DNA from: an uncultured Chthoniobacteraceae bacterium
Lineage (GTDB): Bacteria; Verrucomicrobiota; Verrucomicrobiia; Chthoniobacterales; Chthoniobacteraceae
Length of the DNA: 64,000 nt
Direction of reading: 5' to 3'
Assembly (NCBI GenBank): GCA_964513965.1
Contig: CAZEOO010000005.1
Coordinates: forward strand, 42,651-106,650
Positions 24,993 to 36,377 of this stretch are shown piece after piece. Each line of letters opens with the position of its first letter. The first letter of the stretch is position 1. The notes beneath the pieces are model-generated. The model saw only the letters and a program-made list of their open reading frames with translations, ran no database searches and was not told where the DNA came from. Made by a program: the position numbers and the translations under genes.

Positions 24993-27272
24993 ATGACCCC
25001 CAAATCATCCCCAAGCCAACGAATGGGCGTCCTCACTCAAGCCTGTGTCGCCCTTTGCGGCGCAAGTCTTTTGCTGACGGGCTGCAATCCCGCTAAAGAA
25101 GCACCCAAAGCGCCCACGCCCTCGGCCACGCCCCAGGCGACCGCTACTCCAGTAGCGTTACGCGCTCCCACCAAAGATGAGGAAATCGTCTTTGCCCACC
25201 TCGACCTCGCAAAACCGGAACTCGCCGCCGTGGCCGATGCCGTAAAGCGCGGCGACTACGACGCGGCCTCCCACGCGTGGGCCGTCTACCTCAAGGACCG
25301 CAAAGACCCGCACTGGAACACGACCGGCGGCAAGTACGACCGCCAGGTGGCCGACGACGCCGTGAACGGCAAAGTGCAGGGCGGCCAGGTGACTTACGTC
25401 TATGCGTTCCCGGAAGGCAAAATCAACTGGTACTACAATGCCACAGCCTATGACCCCGGCCAATCGTACAACAGTGAGTGGCAGTGGCAGTTGAACCGTA
25501 TGGCGTTCTGGGGCACGCTGGGCAACGCCTACGTGGACACCAAGGATGAACGCTACCCGAAGGCTTTCGCCGCCCAGTTGCGCTCCTGGATCGACCAATG
25601 CCCCGTGCCCGCCACCGCGAAGGAAGGCAATAAAAACGGGAGCACCTGGCGCACCATCGAGGCGGGTATCCGCATGGGCTTCAACTGGCCCAACGCCTTC
25701 TTCAAGCTTCTGCCCGGCCTGACGGACGCCGACATCGTGGCCTTCACCCGCTCCACCTACGACCACGCCAATTACCTGCGGCACAACGCCACCAACGTGA
25801 ACTGGGTGCTCATGGAAATGAACGGCCTCTCGGTCGCCGGGTGCTACTTCCCGGAATTCCGCGACGCCGCCGACTGGCGCGCCTACGCGTTCTCGAAGTT
25901 CGCATCGGAAGCGAAAGAGCAATTCCTACCCGATGGTGCCCAATATGAGCTTTCCACCGGCTACCACACCGATGTCGTTCTCACTAATTTCGTCGCGGGC
26001 TTGAACAATGCCATCGATACCGGCCACCAAAGCGAAGTCTCCCTGGATTACGTGAAGGCTCTCGAAAAGGGCTTCGAGTGGCCCATGTTCCTGGCCACCC
26101 CAGACAAGGGCCGCCCCACCAAAAACGACTCCTGGCCCGGCTCCATCCAGTACGCGATGAAAAACGCGGCCAAGTTCTTCCCCGAGCGGCAGGACTTCAA
26201 ATGGTTCGCCACCAACGGCAAGGAAGGTCAGCCGCCGGAAAAGACCTCGGTGTTTCTGGATTGGTCCGGCCAGATCGTGGAGCGCAGCGGCTGGGAGACG
26301 GACGCCAACTACCTCATCTTCAACGTCGGGCCGCTCGGCTTCGGCGGGTTGATGGGCCGTGGACATGCCCACCAGGATAAACTCAACGTCTGCGTTTGGG
26401 CCTATGGCCGCGAGATTCTTTTCGACGGCGGCGGCAGCAGCTACGCCTGGGATAAATGGCGCGTTTGGTCCCGCGGTTCGCTCTCCCACAACTGCGTGGC
26501 CGTGGACGGCCTCGGCCAGAACCGGCTCAACGCCGTGGAAGGGGCCGACCCGAGAACCGACGCCGACCGCGTCAGCCAGGAACCGATTAAGGCAAGCTGG
26601 CACTCGGACGCCGCCTACGACTTCGCCAGCGCCGTCTATGACGACGACTATGGCACCTCGGAATACGACAAACGCTTTACGGAAGCCTACGCCGGGCTGC
26701 CCGGGCCGCAAAAGCGCCGCATCGCCGTCCAGCGCCGCAGCGTTTTGTTTGTGAAGCCTGACCTCTACATCGTCGCGGACCGCATGACGCCCATCGATAG
26801 CGAGGCCCACACCTACCAAGCCCGCTGGCACCTGCATCCCACGGCCATCGAAACCGACCCGGCCACCCACGCCGTCACCACCGCCGATCCCGGCGTGCCG
26901 AACCTCGCCGTCATTCCCCTGCTCACCCAGGGGCTCGACGTGAAGACGGTTTCCGCGCAGGAAACGCCGGAAATCCTCGGCTGGCACTGCCGCAAGGACG
27001 TGAAGCCCCAGAACGTGCCGGTCACCTCCGTGCTCCACACGGTTTCGGGCACCGGCGTGAAGGACTTCCTCACGCTGCTCCTGCCGCTGCGTGCCGACCA
27101 AAAGAACCCGGTTACGGCGGTCAAGCAGCAGAAGGGCTACGTTGAAGTGCAGTTCGTGGACGGCAAGCGCCTGCAAGTCTCTAGCGACAACGACGGCGGC
27201 ATCGCGGTCAAGGAACTCACGAAGACCGGGGCCGTGACCCGCGCCGTCAAAGGCGAAGTGACCGACAAGTAA
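24993..27272 (+). CDS. heparinase II/III-like polysaccharide lyase, lipoprotein
   Basis: Lipobox LLLTGC. An N-terminal alpha-toroid region is followed by a Hepar_II_III-like block (GRGHAHQDKLNVCVWAYGREILFDGG, SLSHNCVAVDG). Confidence 0.8.
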   Translation: MTPKSSPSQRMGVLTQACVALCGASLLLTGCNPAKEAPKAPTPSATPQATATPVALRAPTKDEEIVFAHLDLAKPELAAVADAVKRGDYDAASHAWAVYLKDRKDPHWNTTGGKYDRQVADDAVNGKVQGGQVTYVYAFPEGKINWYYNATAYDPGQSYNSEWQWQLNRMAFWGTLGNAYVDTKDERYPKAFAAQLRSWIDQCPVPATAKEGNKNGSTWRTIEAGIRMGFNWPNAFFKLLPGLTDADIVAFTRSTYDHANYLRHNATNVNWVLMEMNGLSVAGCYFPEFRDAADWRAYAFSKFASEAKEQFLPDGAQYELSTGYHTDVVLTNFVAGLNNAIDTGHQSEVSLDYVKALEKGFEWPMFLATPDKGRPTKNDSWPGSIQYAMKNAAKFFPERQDFKWFATNGKEGQPPEKTSVFLDWSGQIVERSGWETDANYLIFNVGPLGFGGLMGRGHAHQDKLNVCVWAYGREILFDGGGSSYAWDKWRVWSRGSLSHNCVAVDGLGQNRLNAVEGADPRTDADRVSQEPIKASWHSDAAYDFASAVYDDDYGTSEYDKRFTEAYAGLPGPQKRRIAVQRRSVLFVKPDLYIVADRMTPIDSEAHTYQARWHLHPTAIETDPATHAVTTADPGVPNLAVIPLLTQGLDVKTVSAQETPEILGWHCRKDVKPQNVPVTSVLHTVSGTGVKDFLTLLLPLRADQKNPVTAVKQQKGYVEVQFVDGKRLQVSSDNDGGIAVKELTKTGAVTRAVKGEVTDK

Positions 27273-27296
27273 CGCGCTGATTCAGCAGTTGGTTTT

Positions 27297-27336
27297 GAAA
27301 CGGGTTGTCCCACGCGGGGCAACCCGTTTTTGTTTG
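27297..27336. terminator. terminator hairpin between the convergent heparinase-like gene and fruR
   Basis: Stem GAAACGGGTTG / CAACCCGTTT around a 12-nt loop, followed by TTTTTGTTT on the plus strand. Confidence 0.7.
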
Positions 27337-27337
27337 G

Positions 27338-28150
27338 CTATGCCAGGATCAATTCGATCCCGCTCTGGGCCAGCATATTCCGCGCGTCCTCGGGCAACGC
27401 GGAGTCGCTGATGACCGTTTGCACCGCCTTGAGCGGCGCCACTTTGATAAAAGCGCCGCGGCCCCATTTGCTGGAGTCGGCCAGGAGAATGACCTTGCGC
27501 GCGGCGTGGATTATCGAGCGTTTGTATTGCGCGATTTCCAGCGTGGTGTCTGTAATCCCGTCCTTGGCATCCACGGCTTGCGCGCCCAGGAACGCCTTTT
27601 GCACGACGAAATCGCCCAACGTGCGTTCCGTAATCGGCCCGAGCGAACTGCACGAATCCCGGTTCAAAGTGCCGCCCAAGAGCAGCACCTTCGCGTTGGT
27701 TTTTTCGCTAAGCGCCAGGGCCACGTTCAGCCCGTTGGTCACCACCGTCAGCGGCTCAATGCCCGCGAGATGGGGCACCATTTCCACCGCCGTCGTACCC
27801 GCATCCAGGATGATGGTATCCCCCGGCTGCACGAGCTGCGCGGCGGCCCTGCCGATGCGGGTTTTGAGATCGCTGTGGAGCTTGCCGCGCATCTCCATGC
27901 CCAGCAACGCCTTGACGGGCACCAGCGGCTTGGAGGCGATCGCGCCGCCCCGGTCCCGCTGCAACTTCCCTTCTTTTTCAAGCGCCACGAGGTCGAGCCG
28001 CACGGTGACTTCGGAAACGCGAAAATGTTCGGCCAGTTCGCCCACGCGCACCGAGCCGTGGCGGCGCACCATTTCCAGAATCGCGCTCCGGCGCTGAAGG
28101 ATCATCGGGGCTTTGTCCAATTTGTCGGGGTTTTCAGGGGTTGGGCTCAT
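27338..28150 (-). CDS. fruR: DeoR family transcriptional repressor (fructose-operon type)
   Basis: N-terminal wHTH RRSAILEMVRRHGSVRVGELAEHFRVSEVTVRLDLVALEKEG and a DeoR C-terminal sugar-phosphate sensor domain. It is divergent from fruA. ATG at 28150 is preferred over the track start at 28237. Confidence 0.8.
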   Translation of the reverse strand: MSPTPENPDKLDKAPMILQRRSAILEMVRRHGSVRVGELAEHFRVSEVTVRLDLVALEKEGKLQRDRGGAIASKPLVPVKALLGMEMRGKLHSDLKTRIGRAAAQLVQPGDTIILDAGTTAVEMVPHLAGIEPLTVVTNGLNVALALSEKTNAKVLLLGGTLNRDSCSSLGPITERTLGDFVVQKAFLGAQAVDAKDGITDTTLEIAQYKRSIIHAARKVILLADSSKWGRGAFIKVAPLKAVQTVISDSALPEDARNMLAQSGIELILA

Positions 28151-28179
28151 TAGGAGAAACTTAGAGTGAAAGGACCACA

Positions 28180-28290
28180 TTTCGAAAGATTCAGCAAGCC
28201 AATTTGCCCAGAACCGAAAGTTTTCGAAACCAAACAAAAGATTTTTATTGAACTTTCGAAGTCTTTTGATAACTTTCGAATATCTTCGAA
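28180..28290. promoter_or_regulatory. array of five TTCGAA palindromes (candidate FruR operators) in the fruR/fruA divergent promoter region
   Basis: TTCGAA cores at 28181, 28223, 28255, 28275 and 28285. TTTCGAAA occurs at 28180-28187 and 28222-28229. Identical 10-mers AACTTTCGAA occur at 28251-28260 and 28271-28280, exactly 20 bp apart. Confidence 0.5.
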
Positions 28291-28333
28291 GCCGGAATCC
28301 CTCGCATTCTCACCTTCACCCCCCACCCCGAGC

Positions 28334-30112
28334 ATGAAACGCATCATCGCCGTAACCTCCTGCCCCACGGGCATCGCTCACACTCTTCTCGCCGCGGAAG
28401 CCTTGAAAAAGGCCGCCGAGGTGATGGGCCACTGGATCAAAGTTGAAACCCAGGGCTCCGTTGGAACCAAAACTCCGCTGACGGAACGCGAGATCGACGA
28501 GGCCGACGTCGTGATCCTCGCCGCCGATATTCGTGTGGACACGGCCCGGTTTGAAGGCAAACCGCTCCACGAGGTTTCCACCGCAGAGGCCATTCGCCAC
28601 AGCCGGGAAGTGATCGCGGCGGCGCTTGAGAAAGTCGGCGAAGTCCCTCTTCCTTCCGAACCGGCGGCGGAACCCCAGACGGCAGCACAGCCGATAGCCA
28701 AGCCCGAAGCCGCTCCCGCAACGAAGCGGCTCGTGGGCATCACCGCCTGCCCCACCGGCATCGCGCATACGTTCATGGCCGCCGAGGCGCTCCATAAAGC
28801 CGCGCGCGCGCTCGGTTATGAAATGAAGGTCGAGACCCAGGGGTCCGTGGGTGCTAAAACGGTGCTGACGCCGGAGGAGATCGCCCAAGCCGACGCGGTC
28901 GTGATCGCGGCGGACACGAAAGTGGACACTTCGCGTTTCGTCGGCAAGCGGCTGCACTTGACGGGCACCAACGACGCCATGCGCAACGGCCAGGAAGTCA
29001 TCAAAACGGCGCTGGCCTTGCCGCTGCCCGTTGGAGGCAACCTTGTGGAAGCCGTCGAAGCCGCGAAAGCGGAGCGGTCCCGCTCGCGCACCGGCCCGTA
29101 CAAACACTTGATGACGGGCGTCTCTTATATGCTGCCGGTGGTGATCGCGGGCGGGCTGGCGATTGCGCTCGCCTTCGCCCTCGGGGGAATTTATGCCGGG
29201 GACGCCAAGGGGACGCTCGGCGCGGCGCTCTCGATGATCGGCGGCGGCACGGCGTTCCACCTTTTCGTGGCCGTGCTCTCGGGCTTCATTGCCTACTCCA
29301 TTGCCGACCGCCCCGGCATCGCGCCCGGCCTGGTGGGTGGCATGTTGGCGCAGAACCTGGGCGCGGGCTTCCTGGGCGGCATCGTCTCGGGCTTCCTCGC
29401 CGGTTATCTCACGAAATTTCTGGCCGATAAAATCAAGCTCCCTTCCACGCTCGAAGGGCTCAAGCCGGTGCTCATCCTGCCTTTTCTTTCGACGACCATC
29501 GTGGGGCTCTTGATGATCTACGTCATCGCGCCGCCCGTGCAAGCCGTGCTCGACGCCATGACCCACTGGCTTAACACCATGCGCGGCGCGAACGCCGTGC
29601 TGCTGGGAGCCATTCTCGGAGCCATGATGGCTTTCGACATGGGCGGTCCGGTCAACAAAGCCGCCTATACTTTTGGCGTCGGGCTCTTGGCGAGCAAGGT
29701 CTATACGCCCATGGCGGCGGTCGTGGCCGCCGGGATGACCCCGCCGTTGGGTTTGGCGCTGGCCGTGTTTTTGTTCAAGAACCGCTTCGACCCCGAGGAA
29801 CGCGAAGCGGGCGCTCCGGCCCTGGTGCTGGGGCTCTCCTTCATCACCGAAGGGGCCATTCCCTTCGCGGCGAAAGATCCCTTCCGCGTCATCCCGTCCA
29901 CCATGATCGGCTCCGCCGTCGCGGGAGCCATTTCCATGGCATGGGGCGTGCAATTTCTCGTGCCGCACGGGGGCATCTTTGCCGCGCTCATTCCCGGCGC
30001 GGTCTCTCCCCTGCTGCCTTACCTGGCCGCCATCGTGGCGGGCACGCTCGTCACCACCGCCGCCCTTTTCGTTTTGAAAAAGAAACAAGCTTTGGCTCCC
30101 GCAAAACACTAA
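28334..30112 (+). CDS. fruA: PTS fructose-specific EIIB'-EIIB-EIIC component
   Basis: Two tandem IIB domains ([21 protein letters not shown] and [20 protein letters not shown]) followed by a polytopic IIC domain. ATG at 28334 is preferred over the track start at 28166. Confidence 0.9.
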   Translation: MKRIIAVTSCPTGIAHTLLAAEALKKAAEVMGHWIKVETQGSVGTKTPLTEREIDEADVVILAADIRVDTARFEGKPLHEVSTAEAIRHSREVIAAALEKVGEVPLPSEPAAEPQTAAQPIAKPEAAPATKRLVGITACPTGIAHTFMAAEALHKAARALGYEMKVETQGSVGAKTVLTPEEIAQADAVVIAADTKVDTSRFVGKRLHLTGTNDAMRNGQEVIKTALALPLPVGGNLVEAVEAAKAERSRSRTGPYKHLMTGVSYMLPVVIAGGLAIALAFALGGIYAGDAKGTLGAALSMIGGGTAFHLFVAVLSGFIAYSIADRPGIAPGLVGGMLAQNLGAGFLGGIVSGFLAGYLTKFLADKIKLPSTLEGLKPVLILPFLSTTIVGLLMIYVIAPPVQAVLDAMTHWLNTMRGANAVLLGAILGAMMAFDMGGPVNKAAYTFGVGLLASKVYTPMAAVVAAGMTPPLGLALAVFLFKNRFDPEEREAGAPALVLGLSFITEGAIPFAAKDPFRVIPSTMIGSAVAGAISMAWGVQFLVPHGGIFAALIPGAVSPLLPYLAAIVAGTLVTTAALFVLKKKQALAPAKH

Positions 30113-30125
30113 CCCCGCACCCCTT

Positions 30126-32594
<2,469 letters not shown>

Positions 32595-32616
32595 TTCACA
32601 AAATTTTTTCCACACC

Positions 32617-33573
32617 ATGAGCCCCACCGCATCCTCCTTCGACGCCCTCACCGTCACCCTCAACCCGGCCATCGACTGCACGGTGACGATCCCCGGTTTC
32701 ACCCCCGGGGCCGTCAACCGCGTGGAAGCCGTCCGCAACACGGCGGGCGGCAAGGGCGTCAACGTCGCCTCCTCGCTGGCGGGCGGCGGCTTGCGCGTCG
32801 CGGCAACCGGCTTTTTGGGCCGCGACAACGCCTCCCTTTTCGAAACCCATTTTCGCACGAAAAAAATCGCCGACCGTTTTGTGCGCATCGCCGGGGAAAC
32901 CCGCACCGGCATCAAAATCATGGACCCCGCCGCTGGCAGCACCACGGATATCAACTTCCCGGGAGCCGCCCCCACCGCCAAGGACATCGCGGCGCTTCGC
33001 AACCAACTCCAAGCGGTCGAGGCCCCGTGGGTCATCCTGGGCGGCAGCATTCCCCCGCAAGTGGACCCCTCCATTTACCGCGAACTCGTGGCCTCGCTCA
33101 AATGGATGGGCCGCAACGTGGTGCTCGACACCAGCGGCGAGCCGCTGCGGCTGGCCTTGCAAGCCCAGCCGACCATTCTCAAACCGAACATCCACGAACT
33201 GGAGGACCTGCTGGGCCAACCGCTTCACGGCACAAAAGAAGTGGTCGACGCCGCCCGGCAATTGGTCAAAAAAGGCATCCAGATGGTGGTGGTTTCGATG
33301 GGGAAAGAGGGCGCCTGCTTTGTCACGGCGGAGCGGGCGGTAAGGGCAATCCCCCCGGAAATCGAAGTCGGCAGCACCGTGGGCGCGGGCGACGCCATGG
33401 TCGCGGGCATCGTTGCCGCGCAGATCCGCGCTTTGCCGCTCGATGAATGCGCCCGACTCGGCACGGCCTTCTCGCTCGAAGCCCTCGAACGCGGGCTGCG
33501 GCCGCAAACGAGTTTTTCCACCGCCATTTCCACACTCCTACCTAATATTACCCAAATTGAAAACTTAACCTAA
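32617..33573 (+). CDS. fruK: 1-phosphofructokinase (PfkB family)
   Basis: PfkB ribokinase-like fold (GGKGVNVA and the C-terminal GAGDAMVAG motif). Its position lies within the fru operon. Confidence 0.85.
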   Translation: MSPTASSFDALTVTLNPAIDCTVTIPGFTPGAVNRVEAVRNTAGGKGVNVASSLAGGGLRVAATGFLGRDNASLFETHFRTKKIADRFVRIAGETRTGIKIMDPAAGSTTDINFPGAAPTAKDIAALRNQLQAVEAPWVILGGSIPPQVDPSIYRELVASLKWMGRNVVLDTSGEPLRLALQAQPTILKPNIHELEDLLGQPLHGTKEVVDAARQLVKKGIQMVVVSMGKEGACFVTAERAVRAIPPEIEVGSTVGAGDAMVAGIVAAQIRALPLDECARLGTAFSLEALERGLRPQTSFSTAISTLLPNITQIENLT

Positions 33574-33609
33574 CTGCCACCTAACAACCCCAAACAACCA
33601 CCTCACCCC

Positions 33610-34944
33610 ATGAAATCCTCCATCCTGTTCTCCGTTGCGGGAGCGGCAGTTTTTGCCGCATCCGCCATCGCCGGTTCTGCACCGGCCACCGCTTCGGCAA
33701 ATACCCCGGCTTCCAGCGCCTGGGACCAATGGCTCAACGGCGACTACGCCACCGGCAACTGGGGCGGCCTTCGCGACCGCCTGGAAGAAGAAGGCATCCA
33801 CTTCTTCGGCGCTTATACCATGGACCCCGCTGGCAACGTCACCGGCGGCAAACGGCAAGGCGCCACCTATGTGGACGACTGGTATGCCGGAATCACACTC
33901 GACCTGGAAAAGCTCGCCGGGTGGAACGGCGCGAAATTTACCTTGAGCGGCATTAACCGCGACGGCCCGAGCCTTACCAGCGGCTACGTCGGCAGCCATT
34001 TCGACACGCAGCAATGTTACGGCGGCCAGAACGTCTTCCTCTACGGCGTCTTTCTGGAGCAGAAATTGTTCGATGACAAGGTGACCGTGAAGCTGGGCCG
34101 CTTCAGCGCCTGCGACGATTTCAACGCCTCGCCGCTTTACGGCTACTCGATGAATAACGCCATCAACGGCGACATCCGTGCGGTCCTCTTCGACACGCAA
34201 TTCTCCGCCTACCCATATTCGACCTGGGCCGGGAGTATCAAGGTCAACCCGACGAAGGAAACCTTCGCGCAAGTGGGCGTGTTTCAGAACACCGAGGATC
34301 TCTTCAATTCGCGCCTTAACGGCCTGGACTGGAGCTTCCACAGCGGCGACGGCGTTTTCGTGATCGGCCAGGCTGGCTGGACGCCCGAGTTTGACAAAGC
34401 GCCCGTTCCCGGCTCGGGGGACTCCAAGCAGGCGCCCACGCTGCGCGGGATGCCCGGCCATTATTGGGTGGGGGCGTCCTACTCCTCCTATCAATACGCG
34501 AACTTCGGCACCAGCGGCACCACCACCTCCTCCTACGGCTTTTACGCTCATGCGGACCAGATGGTTTACCGCGAAGCGCCCGGCAGCGACCAGGGGCTCA
34601 CGGTGTTCACGGCCGGTTGCCTTTACCCGCAGCAGGACATTTCCATCATGCCCTGGGAAATCAACGGCGGGCTGAATTACAAAGGGCTTTTCCCCGGCCG
34701 CAATGACGACCACACCATGCTCCACTTCGCCTATGGGCAGTTCAGCAGCCGCTATGCCGACGTGGAGGCCGCCGCTGGCAACGGACGCCCCGAGTACGAG
34801 TTGGTGCTGGAAACCGGGCACCGCTTCGCGCTCACGAAGTTCGCCTATATTCAGCCGGATGTGCAGTGGCTCATCAATCCCGGCGGAGCGCACCGCCTCG
34901 GCAACGCTCTCATTCTTGGCGCACAGGTTGGCGTCACTTTCTAG
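33610..34944 (+). CDS. carbohydrate-selective porin, OprB family
   Basis: Signal peptide, then GNWGGLRDRLEEEGIHFFGAYTMDPAGNVTGGKRQG and a terminal aromatic residue (GVTF), typical of OprB-type porins. Confidence 0.8.
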   Translation: MKSSILFSVAGAAVFAASAIAGSAPATASANTPASSAWDQWLNGDYATGNWGGLRDRLEEEGIHFFGAYTMDPAGNVTGGKRQGATYVDDWYAGITLDLEKLAGWNGAKFTLSGINRDGPSLTSGYVGSHFDTQQCYGGQNVFLYGVFLEQKLFDDKVTVKLGRFSACDDFNASPLYGYSMNNAINGDIRAVLFDTQFSAYPYSTWAGSIKVNPTKETFAQVGVFQNTEDLFNSRLNGLDWSFHSGDGVFVIGQAGWTPEFDKAPVPGSGDSKQAPTLRGMPGHYWVGASYSSYQYANFGTSGTTTSSYGFYAHADQMVYREAPGSDQGLTVFTAGCLYPQQDISIMPWEINGGLNYKGLFPGRNDDHTMLHFAYGQFSSRYADVEAAAGNGRPEYELVLETGHRFALTKFAYIQPDVQWLINPGGAHRLGNALILGAQVGVTF

Positions 34945-34966
34945 AGCGTAACGCGTCTACCCCTGG

Positions 34967-35001
34967 ACCTCGCGCCTCTTTCAATGGGGCGCGAGGTTTT
35001 T
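34967..35001 (+). terminator. intrinsic terminator after the porin gene
   Basis: 10-bp stem ACCTCGCGCC / GGCGCGAGGT with an 11-nt loop, followed by TTTT. Confidence 0.7.
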
Positions 35002-35079
35002 CAGCATCACCATTTTTGTTAATCTCATATTTTTATTGCCTTTTCTGACTTTTCGTGAGATTTCGTGGTTCATTCTCCC

Positions 35080-36240
35080 ATGCAATCCGAAGCTCAGACT
35101 CCCATTCGGTTCGCGGTCGTTGGCGCCAACCGCGGCAACATTGCCCTCCACGCCCACCAGCCCGGGCGCAACCTCTTTCTCACGGCCTTCTGCGATCTCG
35201 ACCCCGGCAAGGCGGACCGCTTCAAAGCGGAATGCGGCGATCTTTTCGTGACGAAGGATTACCGCGATCTCCTCGCCAACCCCGAGATCGACGCGATCTT
35301 TATTTGCACGCCGGATTACCTCCATGCGGAACAAGCTCTCGCGGCTCTGGAAGCGGGCAAGCACGTGTTTTTGGAAAAGCCGATGGCCATCGACATCCCG
35401 GGTTGCGACCGCATCCTCGAAGCCGCGCGCCACAGCAAAGGGCGGCTCTACATGGGCCACAACATGCGCTTCTTCGCCGTCGTGCGAAAGATGAAGGAAC
35501 TCATCGACGAGGGGCGCATCGGGAAAGTGGAGGCCGTTTGGTGCCGCCACTTCATCGCCTACGGCGGCGACGCCTATTTCAAGGACTGGCATTCGGAACG
35601 CCGCTATGCCAATAGCCTGCTGCTGCAAAAAGCGGCCCATGACATCGACGTGATCCATCACCTCGCGGGCGGTTACACCACGCGCGTGGTCGGCATGGGC
35701 AAACTGAGCGTCTACGACAAAGTGAAAGAACGCCGCAGCCCGGACGAGCCGGGCGTGGCTGCGTTCTGCGACGGCAACTGGCCGCCGCTTTCGCAAAAAG
35801 GCTTAAGCCCGGTGATCGACGTGGAGGATCACAACATGCTCCTCATGCAGCTTGAAAACGGCGTGCAAGCCTCCTACTTGCAATGCCACTACACCCCGGA
35901 CGCGTGGCGCAATTACACCGTCATCGGCACCGAGGGGCGCATTGAAAACTACGGCGACTCCTCCAGCCCCGAAAAATGGGCCAGCGTGCAGCTTTGGAAC
36001 CGCCGCCGGGGTTACGACGAGCACGGCAATGAAGTCTTTCCCATCCCAGCCACCGACGGCACCCACGGCGGGGCCGATCCCATCATGGTGGAGGATTTCA
36101 TTCGCTTCATCCGCACGGGCGAGCGCGAGGGAGCCGACCCCGTGGCGGCCCGCATGGCCGTCGCGGCGGGCTGCAAAGGCGCGGAATCCATCCGCTGCAA
36201 CTCCATCCCGTTCAATATCCCGCCGGTCTCCCAGGCGTAA
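35080..36240 (+). CDS. Gfo/Idh/MocA family oxidoreductase
   Basis: N-terminal Rossmann region IRFAVVGANRG...DAIFICTPDYLHAEQALAALEAGKHVFLEKP. ATG at 35080 is preferred over the GTG at 35065. Confidence 0.85.
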   Translation: MQSEAQTPIRFAVVGANRGNIALHAHQPGRNLFLTAFCDLDPGKADRFKAECGDLFVTKDYRDLLANPEIDAIFICTPDYLHAEQALAALEAGKHVFLEKPMAIDIPGCDRILEAARHSKGRLYMGHNMRFFAVVRKMKELIDEGRIGKVEAVWCRHFIAYGGDAYFKDWHSERRYANSLLLQKAAHDIDVIHHLAGGYTTRVVGMGKLSVYDKVKERRSPDEPGVAAFCDGNWPPLSQKGLSPVIDVEDHNMLLMQLENGVQASYLQCHYTPDAWRNYTVIGTEGRIENYGDSSSPEKWASVQLWNRRRGYDEHGNEVFPIPATDGTHGGADPIMVEDFIRFIRTGEREGADPVAARMAVAAGCKGAESIRCNSIPFNIPPVSQA

Positions 36241-36377
36241 TTTCACAACGCGGAGCGCGCCAATTTCGCGGGAATCCTGCTTGCCTGCCGTGTAGGCAGG
36301 TCTTTAATAAGCAGATCGGAGGCACAACGTCCTCCCCTTTACCTCCCATTGCCTCCCCTTACCTTGTGAAATCCCGC

